Assembly (NCBI GenBank): GCA_964658305.1
Contig: OZ210885.1
Span: forward strand, 11,346,001-11,410,000
Direction of reading: 5' to 3'
From: Leptogorgia sarmentosa
Lineage: Eukaryota
Length of the DNA stretch: 64,000 nt
The translations under genes were made by a program, and so were the position numbers. The first letter of the stretch is position 1. The number at the start of each line of letters is the position of its first letter. Of this stretch, positions 45,201-60,200 are shown piece by piece. The notes under the pieces were generated by a model. The model had not been told where the DNA came from and did no database searches. It saw nothing but the letters and a program-made list of their open reading frames with translations.

Positions 45201-48200
45201 CGTCATATAATGTCGTATTTGAGGATTTAATGCACTGCTCTTAACCAATCAAAACTCTTGAATTATTTGAAATAAATAATAATTTCAGTTATTCTACACT
45301 TTAGAAACGTGATAGTAATTTCTATACGTTTCATTGCGTTCAGTTTCATTCAACGTTGGTTTGCATAGTCAGATGTTTGGTTGACCAAAAATGGCAAAAC
45401 ACTAGAGATTATTAATTTTGAGACCGGTGGTATCGTAGACATTTTCTGATAGCGCAATTAAACTGTTTGGCATGTACAGGTTAATATTCTCAATTTGGGA
45501 TAAGAACTCAATCAAGATGAAGCTTCCCACTATTTTTGAAATCTGTGATGTTGTTGATCTATGCTAGATCGTGTTGCATACCTTTCCGAACTCGAACTAC
45601 AATAGAATGCTTTAGCTTCATTGGCAATATAACTTAGATTATGGAAGTGTTATAAATGTGAACAACGCAATTACTGGGAAAGTTCATATGCGAATACTTT
45701 CAATACTTGCTAGGTATGATAATAACTGGGCCAGGTCTCGTTATTAATCATGGTTTTTGCGCAGTTTACTATATACTTGGTTCACGTCAATGAGGTTATT
45801 TGTTCCAATTATATTTTTATCAGGTTCCAATTGAACATTGTTTCATGCTAAAGGAACAAATGTGATGTGAGGCCTTGAAGAAAAGTGCTGAAATTTAAGT
45901 CAATTCCTGGCAATTATGGATATCGTAATTGGTTATACCTAAATCTTCCACAGAATATCGTCAGAGAGTACTTAGTTATATTCGACCCAGCCTGCAGCGT
46001 ATACAATGAATTTAGCTTAATTAAAGCTATGTGACGTGTTTCGATTCATACATTACTTTATTTGAGTATAGAGATTTATGTGCACTAAATTGGTGTAATA
46101 AAATTCTCATTGCATTCGATGTTTTTCACTGTGAAATTTACCGAATTATCGTTCTGACAGGCGATACGATTTTTTTCCACCAGTGAAAAGTTATCGTATC
46201 ACCGTTTTGATTAGCTGACATTTTCTTGCCACCACCTGTTCGCAGGCTAATATAAACATGGAGACTGATTTTGCGCACACACTTAGGAGAGAGATTAATG
46301 GCATTTTTCCAAATCACGTCAAATCATAAAGAAAACATTTGTGGATTCATTAACTTGAAATAAACCTCGTGCTTCCATTTTCTGCAGGTAGATAAAGCAA
46401 TAAGTGGTGAGAAATTTTCTATCTTGATATTTTGCTTGCGATGTGTTTGTCGTCTGTCAGTTTCAAATATTCCGTATCTTTGCACACTTCTTTATACTCC
46501 TGTAATAAACAAATTACTTCCCTGTTGCTCGTTTGTACCGTTTTTATTAATTACTCGTTGTGATCGCTAAGCTCACTCGTTCACTGCGCTCACTCTTTTA
46601 TTTAGCGATCCATCACAATTGGTAAATAAAAATCGTCCGCACTCGCCAACCGTGAAGTAGCCAATCTCTATGTATTGTCTTTCCGTAAACGAGAGGAACT
46701 GTACGAATATTCTAATGCAAAGTGTATAAGCAGACAATCACCAATCGTCATAAAACATTTCCCTTTCGTCAATGATGTAAATAGAGATGCGTACGATTTG
46801 TAAATAATAAAATTCGAACAAACGAACCAACTGTGAAGTAATTTGTTTATTATATGAATCCAAAGAAGAGTGTAGAGTTACGGAATATTTGATACTGGCA
46901 GACGACAAATCACGAGCGATATATCAAAATATGAAATTTCTTACCACCTATTGCTTTGTTTTCAAGTTTCCAGAAACTGCGAACAGGAGGAACATTCAAC
47001 TCTATGTTAACAACCATTTTTCTGTTCCAGTGCACAACGTGGCAGACTAGCACGTTTCTCATTAACTAGTCTGATTTGCCTTCACGAAAAGATTTTAATT
47101 TCCCAGTAAAAATAAAATTTGTACTACGTAAATACGACGTTTTTGAACATGGTAAGGTAATTGAAGCACAGAAATCAACAAGGTTTAGGTTAGGTCCATA
47201 TGAATTTAGTGAAATTAAAATTCCACAAAGAAAATCGTGAACGTCCGCAAACTATTTATTTGAAAGCTGGCCCAAATACACAATTTGAACTATACCTCGG
47301 ACGGAAAACGATGTTTTTTCTGCTTGAAAATTCCAAAGTTTGAAAGTGCCATCTTCAGAAGAGGAAACACATATAGAGCCATTACGAGCCATTATGATAT
47401 CTGTGACGTCTTCTGAATGATTCGAGGAGCTGTTTTGTTCCATGTACGCAGCAGTTCCCAGGTGCCAAACCCTGATACTTCTATCCCATGATGCTGTCAC
47501 GCATTTCTTAGCGTTGGAAATTATTGCAACACCCCTGAAATATTACAAGTTGATTGTTTATTTCTAATAATAATTTGTTCTACCGATAAAACGCAAGGAC
47601 GATCCTTGTCATACTATTGATTTTTTAAGAAACCAATATTATCAAAATAAACTGTATAATTTATTCACACATGATCAGGGAAATATGTCGTATTCATCGA
47701 AGGTTAGTACAAATGAAAACTACATCTATGGTCACTTCATTTTTTGCAAAAATCTTTCTATTACTGTATGTAAACGATTAAGAAGATAGATAGATAAAAC
47801 CTTATCTACATAGGGTAGTCCCGTCAGTAATAAAAATAACTGTTATCAATGGGAGCCCTATAGACATATTGTAGAGTTCAATACTACAGATAATCAACGA
47901 AAGCAACAATACAAGATAGAGACTGAGTAATGATAGATGGCCAACGGGTAAAATTATGTTGCATTGGATGTCATCTTTCACCGATTAGTAATTCTACAAA
48001 CTTCAATCGCAAAAGGTTGCAAAGTACGGAAAATACAGCCCTTCAAAGTTGGCAAATTTGTATACTTTAATTTTGTATATTTTTTGTATTTTCGGAAATT
48101 AGTATAGGAATTTACACGGTTCGAGAAGTATTAATGAAAAATCGCACGCGTGTTTGGCGAAATACCGCTCATGCGAAAATTAATGTTTAATTCGCACAGT

Positions 48201-51200
48201 TGTTGAAGTATTTTAGCCAATCAGCGTCCAGGAAATTGACAACAATGATATTAGTAACTTCATTAGTTATCAATTTCAGAGCGCGTGATAAAACTGAATA
48301 CAAATCTGCAACTTTATGTGTTCCGTATTCAACACCACGAAAGCGGGCGAGTGGGCTGGGCAGGCTACTGCACCCCCTCCTTCCCCCTTCAATAACTTGT
48401 CAAAATTCTGGAAATATGAAATGAAGGAACCTATATTTCAATAAGATTTTAACATCGTACACCCTCGTCTTGAATGCAGCCGTTAAAAATTTTGCCGATA
48501 GGTCTCTCCTAAACCCACCAATAGCGTTATCGCTAATATGAATTTTCAGGCCCTCTAATCGTAAGTTGCTTCCGATGGACCTTAGATTTTCCAACATTTC
48601 ACAACCAAACATTTAGTTGATAACGTCACTCCGGAAATGTCCTTCGTTTATCCCTCATTAGAATTTTTCTAAAGTGCAAGTCGCCCATTGCAAATAAACT
48701 TAAAGTATGTAGCACCACGACTATAACCGGGAGCCGATTGGTATAATAGTGTAAATAGAAATTCTTATAGCGCTGTAAACAAATGGATGACTGAAACTTT
48801 CTTTCATGGAGTTCATGCTCGCTATCTTACAAAGTAATCAAAAACCAATTTCAAGAAGCAGCACGTCTGAGTGTGACTATGTAATACACCCTGGTAATAC
48901 CGTATTAAATTTATACAATGGATAAGACAGACTGTGAGATATCTTCAGAAAGTTACATAAGATAAGACATTGATTTTATCAATGGAGAAAATATGGCCCT
49001 AAATCAGTTAGGTCCTGGAATGAACTCACCTGATGTCCATGGTATGACCTTTATAACAGGAAAGCAAATTTCCAGTGTGGAAACACCACAACCTCGCACT
49101 TCCCCTGTCGTCTCCAGAGATAATATACTTGTTATCATCGCTCACAGCCACACTGGTAACACGAGATTTATGACCCTTAAGAGTACGAATTTCTTGATAC
49201 GTTTTTAAATCCCAAACTTTTATTGTCCCATCGAATGAAGCAGACACAAGCATTGGATTGTTTTTTCCTGAATCTAAAAGAAAACTTCGTACTTTAGTTA
49301 AAGGGGCACAAAAAACTAGGGAAAGCAAAGTACAAAATATCCTAAATCTATTCAATAACTCGATCGTTCACAGGAGAGATTTTCATATATGCATTCTGCA
49401 AGTCCAGGCAATGGATTTTGCAGTCGTCCATATACAGAAAGTTTATTTTGTTGGTACCGTTAGGATATTGAAGAGAAATTTACGCAAAAAAGAAATTCCA
49501 ATGTGTCAGGATAAACTTGAAATACTCAAAATATGGCCGAACCGTCTGGCGCGTACAGCAGTCATGATCACGAATGAATTGTGCAAAGTAAAATCATTCT
49601 TCCAGTTAGTTTTGAGTAGGTTTTACGGTACATCTGGCGTTAATTTATTCAGACAGTGGTTAGCGTTAATTTATGCAAAGACAAGTTAGCGTTAATTTAT
49701 TCAGACAGCGGTTAGCGAGTAATTAGTATGCAGAGGAATGTAAGTGCATAGCAACGGAAGTATTGCATAAATAAAATTAATATTCAGTGTGTTTAATGAT
49801 GTAGCACTCTAAAATGTTTTTTCCTGACGAAAGATTCGAGTACCCAAATTTATACTTGCTATTTCTACCTATATCCATACTATTATGTACTGTAAAGTTG
49901 CGGAAAAGTCTAATATAATAATAAGCTAAACATTTATAGTTGCGGGGGTGTAGGCCAAAAATTTCCGAATGACAAAACAATTTTCCGAATATTTCATGGC
50001 ATACCGAAGCCACGAATGTGTTTACTATCCGGACGAAGCAATAAATTATATAGATATTAATAAAAGCCGTTTTTTATTAGTCGCACCCAGAATACCAATC
50101 TATCATAATCAGAGAGGCCGCAGAAGCATTTAGATTGTGTAGTGGCATTGTGGCATTGACGATGACCAAAATCAAATTTTATATGGCCCAGAATTTTTTA
50201 TGTAGCCCAGAAAAAAGGCCCTTTATAATTTTTTACTTTAAAAAGGGGGGGGCACATGCCCCTATTGCCCCCGTGATGAAGTAATAAGTTTCACAACAAT
50301 GCCATAATGCCTGGCTATTGTTTATTGCGGCAGCAATTGTATATGTTCACTAACGTTTCCACGTAATGAAAACGCCATTCATGCAGACATGACAAATGTC
50401 ACAAATTTATTCTTCGGTTAGTTTTCATAAACCATTTATCAACTAGCATGTCTATGTCCACACTGTCAGTAATATTTTTTTCGCTGGTTAAATGCTACAA
50501 TTTACGTTATTATCCACACAGATAAAAATTACCAGATTTAAAGTTTCTAAGGGTTTTTTGAGAGAATTAAGTCAATTATTGACCAAATACAAACAATAAA
50601 AATAAAATAATGGTGAATATGAAAACATGAAACATATATGTAATCAAATTGAAAGTCTTGTCCCGTATATCGTCAAGAACTATAATATGCATGAACATAG
50701 GGAATAGCATTATAACGTGAAGGTGACATTTACCAGCCACTTCGACATTAACTTAAGTGAGTCTAGTATTTCGTGTTCAATGCTAAGCATACTGAGCGTA
50801 CGGGCTACATTTTTTCAGAGGGGGGCAGAAAGTTTATCTTTGCCCGAATTTGAGGGTAGCGAATGTCACGAGGCGCCAGGCCCATGGTTGGCGCCGAGCG
50901 AGGAATTTTTGAACTTTTACAACCTCTGGATTGCCGGAAACGGCGATTTCAGAGTCCTAACTCCACTTTCTTGGTACGCTCGTTCAGGTGAACGACTGGA
51001 GGATTGTTGACATTACCTTATTCCTCAGATTTTTGCCCGAATTATGCTCAAAATCAGTGCCCGAATTTTCCAATTTGAATTTTTTTGGGGGGCACGGGCC
51101 CCACCTCGTACGCCTATGATGCTAAGTAGGTTGAAGTTTGCAATCTTATCGTTGTCTATAGACGCAGATAATTCTTGAGTAATTTAGGACTCTAGAACTT

Positions 51201-54200
51201 CCTAGCTTTCAATTGACCAATTTTTAATCAAAATTTATGTTTTTTCGAAACCCCACAGTAACTGAAATTTTTTATACATTGTTTTTCTTGGGCTGGTAAA
51301 TAACCTTTAGAGCTGGGGCCGGGGGCAAATGCCCCTATTGCCCCCTAGATAATCCGGCACTGGTCACATATTACAGAGGTAACAAACCGAAAAAGATCTA
51401 CCGATTTACGATTTTTAAATTGTTATCCATGTAAATGCCATGATTTCGTAAATCAGTTTATACTGACTCTTTCTGTAATATTTTCTCTGTTTAAAAATTA
51501 AGATTTCGTTATACTTTTATTTCCGTAATTTTCCGAATGGCCAACTCGATTTTCCGAATATGTTAATTCTAGAAAAGTTGGGGGGGTTAGCCACCCCCCA
51601 ATACCCCCCCTCGCTACGGCCCTGAATGAAAGATCGTAAGAACTCTGCGTCCGTGCAATTACTCAAACCAGAGTGTAACAGTACTAAACAGTACGTACAC
51701 TGTAGCATGTACCGCAATAGGAAATTTTCATTGCTGCATTTCATCATTATTAGTTTGCACATGTATTCATATTTATGTTTGGGAACATAACTGTGTTTAA
51801 CTGCTCTTAACTGTTGCCTAACTGCTCTTTCATGTCAATGAGTAGCTGTGAAAATTGACTGATTAAATTCAATTATTATCACATTTATTCAAGCAACTAA
51901 CCTACCAAGTTCTAACAGTACAGCACAATGTTTGTCACAACAATTATAAAACAGGTCAAACTATATAATTTTTATCTGTTGGAATAAGAGGATCTGAAGT
52001 CAAGATGGACAAGATATGTCAAACGACACCTAGCTATATATCTTGGCAATGGACAGTATATCTAAAACAGTATTACTTTACAAACAACATTCATGTTGGC
52101 TTCCATTTGTTACTTTATCTATATAATTTCATAAGTTAAAAACAAATGGTATAAAATGCTGTCAAATTTTGTTGTCAGCTTGTAATTCAATTCATCCTCC
52201 GGTAATTGAATTCTATTATATATTGTAGTTCAATTCCACACGTGTGCATTAATTAGATACATGTGAAACAGCTAGAATTGTTCTTAGTCGATATATCGTC
52301 GATATATCCCTATGAAATGCATTTCAGAGCAGTGGCGTAGGATGGTGGGGCACTTGGAAGGAGCCCCCCCCCCCCCCTAACTTTCAACTTTCACGGTTAT
52401 AACAAAAAGTGTCCTTTTCAAAAAGAAAGTGCCCTTCTTTCATGCCTAAGATTTGTACAGCTTTCTGATAGACATGAGAATTTGCCCAAGTGTACTAAAA
52501 TATTTTGTAGGATTCCATCATTCACTAGCTTTTATATGTTTTTTTTTTCAAAATGCCGCCTTGCTGATTGCAAGTTGCAAATACAGTAATAAGTTTTCCC
52601 AACCAAAAATATCATGTCTTCTTGTTGCTAAGTTATCGAAAGTTAAAGTTGAAACTTATTTAAAGTTGCAACATTTAATAGTAAAGATTTGGATTCTGTT
52701 CTCCCTGTGCCTCCCCCCCCCCCAAACTACAACTTGATTCGTATGCCCTTGTTTCATAGCCTGCTTCTACTTTTAGGGCAGACTATTATTACTTACGAGA
52801 GGTCTAAACGCTAATAAAATATACAATACCCGGCCTAAATGCCAAGTCTTTCGAATTTACTTGTACAGTGTCAAAATTTATACATTAAGGTCTGCAACAC
52901 AGGGTAATCAGTTGAAATATACACACAAGCAAATTGTCTCAAAGTATATTTAGAAAGCTAGCATAGAGAAATCTAATAGCCATTTTAAAATACTCTTAGC
53001 ATACACAAATACAACCAGCCTAAAAATTTGAAAGAAATCACAAAGTCCTAAAATAGTGATTGTACATGAAAGCACTGGCTACCACCATACTAACATTTAA
53101 GGAAAGACTTTGCTTTCTTTCTAGGCATAATTTTTCATTACAATATTAGAATGCTGTTGCATGCAGGTATTTTTGTGCAATAATTGGGAACATTTATTCC
53201 AAAACATGATATTCCCCTCCAATCATTGCTTTATTGAACCATTAAGGAAGTTTCTAATAAAGAATATGTTTTATCCGAAAGAAATAACAAATATAATTCT
53301 GAAGAGACTCTATTGAAGTAAAATCTTCAAAATGTTATGAAATATTAACCCATACAGTATTGCATACCTGTTGCGACAACACATCTCACCCAAGCTGTAT
53401 GGCCAACCAAACTGGCCTCAAAATTTAGTGTATCGGCTTTCCACAACTTGATAGTCTTGTCAGGAAATAATCCAACAGTAGCAATGAACTGTCCATCTTT
53501 GGTCGTACACAGCGGCCCGACTCCCTCAGGAATGCTTGTTGAGAGGTTTTCTCCGGTAGATACACAATACACTTTCAGCCCTACAACGCATGATGGATAC
53601 TCGTCAGACTGATGTTTCAATAATGTCTAACCCTAGACGATTTTGTGAAATCTTGTTTTTAATTGTGTCCCTCTCCGGCGCTGAACATGCTCTGGCTGTT
53701 GCTGGCTTATGTTTTTACACTGCGTTTCACTGCGCTCTACACGACGTTTATAGTTAACCGCTGGTTTGAAGATACGCAGTCGCTGGAATCCTCAAACCAG
53801 CTGTTGCAATTATTGTTTGAATATGAACAATTTGTACTTTTGGCGAAGGTTGAGAGGTGCTACTCAAACAGACGTATCTGGTTTTCCCAGGAAATCATTT
53901 TAATTACAGCTACGTTGTAAAACTGCTGTTCCTGGCATCAAACACAAAAAGAATTAGTGAACATGGTCCAATCACACGATACTATGCCGTTTGTAAATTT
54001 CATAAACCCACCCTCTACCATAGCTACATTGTGGTCAAATTGTATGCATTGTACAGGGCATCCATACCAGTGGTACTGTTGGTAAAACTTGGTTACAGAT
54101 CGCGAAAGTTACATCCGTGAAGCAAGGGCCATGTATGGCAGTTGGGCTTCGTTCAAAATAATGAAAATATACTTTGTTTTCAAATGTAGTCGATTATGTA

Positions 54201-57200
54201 CAACAGGTTACAGGTACGAGTTCAGATAAAATGGTTGAAATGTACGAAGGATTAACAACGAGCTCTCTTTCTCTCCAACCCGTTTCCGAAAGTTGAAATA
54301 CAAATTTTTAATTCTTTTTTTCCACTGAGTATATACCGCACGAATAAAGACAAGCACCATTGAAATCCTAGTAAAATGATCTTTCGAACGGTGGGTCGCA
54401 TGTTAGTTAAACACAACACAAAAAAAAATAAAGATTGATCGTCGGAAACGTAAGGCATTAGCATCTATCTGAGAAAAACAGAGTCCAATATGTTGAAATC
54501 CATGTCCTTATTTCTCCCTGAAGCAGCATATTCATGAGACCTGTTTTATGTTCGTGTTATTTGCAAATATAAAAACATTTCTACAAGCTTTTCTGCAATT
54601 GTCAAAAATTTCCGCACGCGCACGGCATTTACTAAAGCAGGATAAATCAGGTTGCGCAATAGTCTGAAACATGTGGAAAACATGCCTTTGATTACGTAGG
54701 GTGCGTTATTCGTATGTTTTTCAGTGTTGGATAAACTCACTTCTGGTTTATTCGCACACGACATAAAATGTATTAACGATTATGCTGCACGAAACTGAGG
54801 AAATGTTTCTGAATTTCACATATTCGCCACGAAGCACAAGTTGAATACATACAGTGAATATTTAACTCACTGTGATGACTGCGTCGCTATTTAGAGTGTA
54901 CTCCAACTCAAATATGGAACGTTACGTGAAACCCAAGAACTGAAACGATATGCATCAATCTGCTTCATAAACGTTCTTGTATTAAAATGTGAAGCCAATT
55001 TTTTTAGTAAATAGCTAATGTGCACAGTGGCGTAACTACTAGGGGCCCAACCTGGCCGGGGGCCCTGGGAAGAGGTTTCTTCAGGGCCGTGGCTAATGTG
55101 AAATTCAAATAATTTTTATTGAAACTGAAGATGCAAAAAAGTTCGAAGTCAACAAAATGTTTGATATATCATTCGGTAGCTAGCTGAAACAATTTTGTTG
55201 CCTTTTAGATTGTGCTTGGATGTTGACGGGGTAACATGATCATTTGCGGAGTTATTTGACAAACATAATATGAAAAGGATTTAATTTTTTCTCCAATGGC
55301 ATCGTTGCTGGCGTTCCTTCAGAACCGTTAAATCCGTACACGTCAGCAAAATCTTATTTCTTATCGAAACTCGCGCACTTTAATACTAACTTTTAAGCAG
55401 AGCGGAAGTCGAGAAAACGTTTATGCAAATTTTCGTTTACCTATTCTGAACAACATTTTGATATCCTTGTTTGATTTGTGTTTAAGATGCTTACCATGGC
55501 GTGTTCCAATAAACACTCGCTGATCATCTGCACTGAAATCCAGGGCATTAACTTGACTCTCCCCTTGGAACACAAAAAGCTGTTCATAATTATCCATTCT
55601 CCAAAGGATTGTACTGTCGTCCAACGATCCTGACGCTAGTATTGTTCCACTTTGTGACACAGCCAAACACCTAACTGCGTAAGAATGTCCCAGCAGTTGT
55701 TGAACTTCTCTCCCTGTTTATAAAATAAGATAGCACGTAAAGAAAAGGGTGTAATAGATCATTTTCACTCACATCGTTACTACATTGGGAGTATTTTTCA
55801 AAACATTGCGGCGATAAAATAAATGATTGAGACAAGTAACTACATTAACTAACCCATCGTTAACTTTCATTTTTACTAATACGTCCGTATAGCAACTTAA
55901 ACAGCAATGTAAGTGATAGACAAACACCGAAACGATCTTTAATACTAAAAACAAAATAACTGTAATTTTGCGGAATTTACTGTGGCGTGTTTAACAGGCG
56001 TGTGTTTTCATTCGTTACTGCTTGGGATTTCATAAAAGTATGCCCTCATCTTTGTTATGCAAGTCCAAAAATATAGGTATCGAGCCAACTTGAACGCTTG
56101 GGTAAGACTCGCTACCGGTCCCTGTTGCCTCGATAACTAAAGTGGTAGAGTAACGGTCAATGCCGAACAGTTTACTGAAACTTATAATATATTTACTAGT
56201 GTTTAAAATTTAGTGGCTGATGTTGGCGGTAGAACAGAAAGTAGATAATTGGAAAGCATGCATGAAGCTATAAACAGGAAATATTCTATACAGCGAATAC
56301 CAATGATTGCACAGGAATGTTGTCCTACTTGTATTTGTAATTACTGAACTTTCACATTTTAAAATTGGCAGATATCATTTATGCACACGATTTCTTAATA
56401 ATTGTATGTTTTATTGTTTAGAAGAAATATGTCACTCTGTCCGAATTAGTTTTTATAGTTTGGTTAATATAATGTTGCTGACAAAAAGCATTTCCCTTGT
56501 GCGGTATTCAGGATTTTTCTCTTTTTACGCAGTAAACATTGATTTGTCCAAGCAATGACTGAATTAATTTTGATCCCAGCATAAATCTGGATGAACATGT
56601 CTCTCCTAGTATCTAAACCAAATTTCAAACATCATCATATGACGACGACTACCGTACATGATTGGCTAATTTTCGAATGAATTATCAATTACTTTGAGTG
56701 TAAACATTTGTTCCTCACCCATATCAACTGCATATAAACAATATTCTCATTTCAATGAATAATCAAGATTATAGCTTTTGTTTAGCTAAAAAGGCATGTA
56801 TGAATATGTTTAAAATATAGTCATAATATATACGCTATAATTCAATTTGTCTGCTTCCAAAACTAAAACTTTTCCCAAAAAACCGGGGCAGTGGGCTACA
56901 GGTCTAAAAAATTTGCAAAACTGGAACACGGATAATTTTCGCTCGAAATTTTGGTTTTCTCAGGAAATTTTTACTTAGCTTTGCTTATATTTTGTTGCTG
57001 TTGTTGTACATATTCATGATTAAACCCGCGAACATAGTTTCGATAAAGAGAACTAAGATTCTGCAAGGAAAAATCTGCAGTACATTTGAATTGCCCACTC
57101 AACAACTCAAATTTCCCTAAGTAGCGTTGAATAAAACATTCTGCTAGAATGTGCCATAGCCAGAACTGAGACCAACCGATATATACCATATATCAAGCCA

Positions 57201-60200
57201 TATTACCTACAGTGATGCGAAGCATAATGGGACGAGCCCTGAGGCCATTGGGGTCCAGTGAGCTCCCTGAAATTATAGCGCCGTAAATTTCTGATGTAAT
57301 CAAGATAGGCCTACTGCACCAAGTCAAACATGTACTTTATTAAAATCTTTCTATCTATTTAGTTCATTATCAGCGCTAAAAACAAGAATTAAAGCTGAAG
57401 GCTGGCAAAATTGTTTTTACAAGAGTCATTTGGAACTGCAAAGTTTTGTCAATTAAAGTGTTACTGCAACGAATTTTACGACCTCATTTTTTTATCCTAA
57501 ATAAATATTCAGGTCGAAAGATGAAATTTGGTGTATAGATGACTTGAATGGAAGTAGCTAAATTTCGCCTCCAAACTTCGATATCGGATGCGAACAAAAC
57601 AGCCGCCATCTTGTCACCTTGTGACGTCACAAGTGTAACACGTTTAGCGAAGCTACTAGTAAATTCTGTTACGTTAGAGCTATACTGTGTGTTTTTGGTC
57701 GGAAAAAAGTTCTTTTGAAACAAAACTTGAACATCGGCATTTTAAGAAAATATATTTTGCTCATGTCGAGTAACGAGTCTGGCGGGGACCCGCAATCGTG
57801 TGAAAGTTCAAGTGAAACTGACCCGGTGTCGGATGGCTCAGTTAACTCGGATCAGTCAGGTGGCTCGTTAGTTCATGTCACATCGCACTGCTTTGCGTAA
57901 GACGCCGAACCTATATATATAGCAGAACCTGGGGAAACGAGTTGTGTTCCAGAAGATCCAGGTGGATTGTTGCCAGCAACTCTTGAACAACTCTGGAACA
58001 GCATTCACGTAAATCGTTGCGTTGAAGGTATTTTATTTTGTTTTTCAAACCAGCGCAGGACGTGCACGAACTACGAGTTGTAGAAGTTGTTGTTGTCACT
58101 GGGCATGTCGTCACTGGGCAAGTCAAAGGGTGTATCATCATCAATATCGTGACTTGTCATTGCTATCTCCTCAACTTTTGCTGGAGAAGACACCAATTTC
58201 ACTGGCGACAATCTTTCACTGCCACGAATTACCTAAAAATATACGAATGATTTAAATATAAAGTGCTTCGCATATTATAAAATGTACCATGTGCGTGGGC
58301 GAAGAATTCGCCTTTGCGCGCATGCATAATTATACAATACTCGTGTTATTTACCTGTCTTCGTTTTCGCTCTGTGATCTGCTGTTCGGCCGGTGGTATAA
58401 TTCCAGCTACATCAATCGTAGGAACAGCATCTTCTTTCAATCTCCTTTTAATATTTAGCGATTTTGCCAACCCTAAATTCATATCATAGCACGAATCTTG
58501 GAGTGGGCTGAACAATACCAAGAGGTCGCAGTAGCGTGAAAAACGTGTCTATGTTTCCGGACAAATTTCACGCACTTATTCCGTCTCTAAGCATCTGTTT
58601 CTTCATTAGGGAATAGATGCATAGATATTTCTTCAGTTTTGCTATCATTGGCGCAGCTATTAGGGACCGTTCATTATTTATACCCTAGGGTGGGGTGGGA
58701 AAAATTGAGGGGGGGTCATGTAAAGTTCATTCAGTCCTATGGGGGGTACTTGCTGTTATCAGTCTTCTGGGGGGGGGTGTTGAAAAACAAGTGGAAAATG
58801 TGGCATCTGACTGTCTAAATATAGAACATCACTCAGGAAACTTTTGCAAACATGAAAACTTTGAAATTTGGAAGATCCAATGGAAAAATAACAAGAACTA
58901 TTTACAAAATATTACAACTATACAAGATCGCAGAGTCTTCTGAGTATTATTCTTCATTCTTCATAGTATTAAATCATATACAAATGAAGACTTAAATCGA
59001 ATGAAAAAGTTGCATCATGCACGTATGTCGGGGGGGGGGGTGTTATAAGCTTTTCATATTTTATAGGGGGGTCTTCAGTACTGAGATCATCAAAAGGGGG
59101 GGGGGGGGCTATGAGATTTTTGTATCTGCGTGACGTAGTGACGCAGATATATTGCTATCGAGTTGTTAGCTGTTAGTTGTTAGCTGTTAGCTGTTAGCTG
59201 TTAGTTGTTAGCTGTTAACTTGCAGCCAATCAGCGAATTCGTTAGTTAAATTTAGCCAATAGGCGACAACGTAACATTGAGATGACGTAATTCTCACTGA
59301 GCCCACCCGCAAATTTAAGGGATCCAACGTGGAGTTCTTGCGGGCTAAATATTACAAAATGGCGGCTGATATAGGCGCGAGCTAAAGAGGGGTGATGTGT
59401 TTGTCTGGTTGATCGTGGATTTTGTTTCGCATGAATATCCAGATAAAAAGAAATATAATGTTCGCAGCGAGGAGTGACTTCACTGAAATAGAGGTTAATT
59501 TATGAGCGTTTGCGCCGTTTAGAACACCATTTATACTAAAGAAATTTATACGCAAAAATATCATGACGCAAATTGCAGACATTGGCATTGCTTTTAAAGA
59601 TATTAATTAAAGAGGTTCGCGTTCGCTATGCAATTTAGATCATCAAAGCAAAAATATCATGACGCAATTTATACAATTGAACACAGCGAATAGTTTAAGG
59701 TTATGAAAGAGTTTAATGTCTTGACACAATTGCGCGTATATTTTCCCTACGATACTTTAGCGTGTCGGCACTGTCGCCCTGACACACTGTACATGTTTGG
59801 ACTGCCCGCGGTGTCATTGTGATCACGGAATATCTACTATATTTTGACGCTTCGCCATACGGAATCGTTGAAACATTCAATCCCAGGAAAATAGATTTCG
59901 TAGCTTGTAATAAAACGGGTTTGTGTGTTTATTAGGCGCGAGACAAAACAAACGAAATCATATATAGTTTCAAGTATTCTGTTTTGAACCTACGCGCAAT
60001 GCGCATACCGCTCATACATACACTTTAGCGTCTACGCAAATGCGCATGAATGGACGGAATGTATTGTATATAAATATATTATTATGATACGGTATTGGAA
60101 AGGGTAAATTTGGTTTTTAGAGAGCCACATTTTTCACAAACAATCGCAAAGCGCTGTGTCTAAGACGCAATAACATAAAATGCGATATCATATGTCGTCA

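Noticed and set aside
53581..53940. Extension of the 53368-53580 exon or an extra exon
   Set aside because: Stops in all minus-strand frames; only the acceptor at 53581-53582 fits the phase
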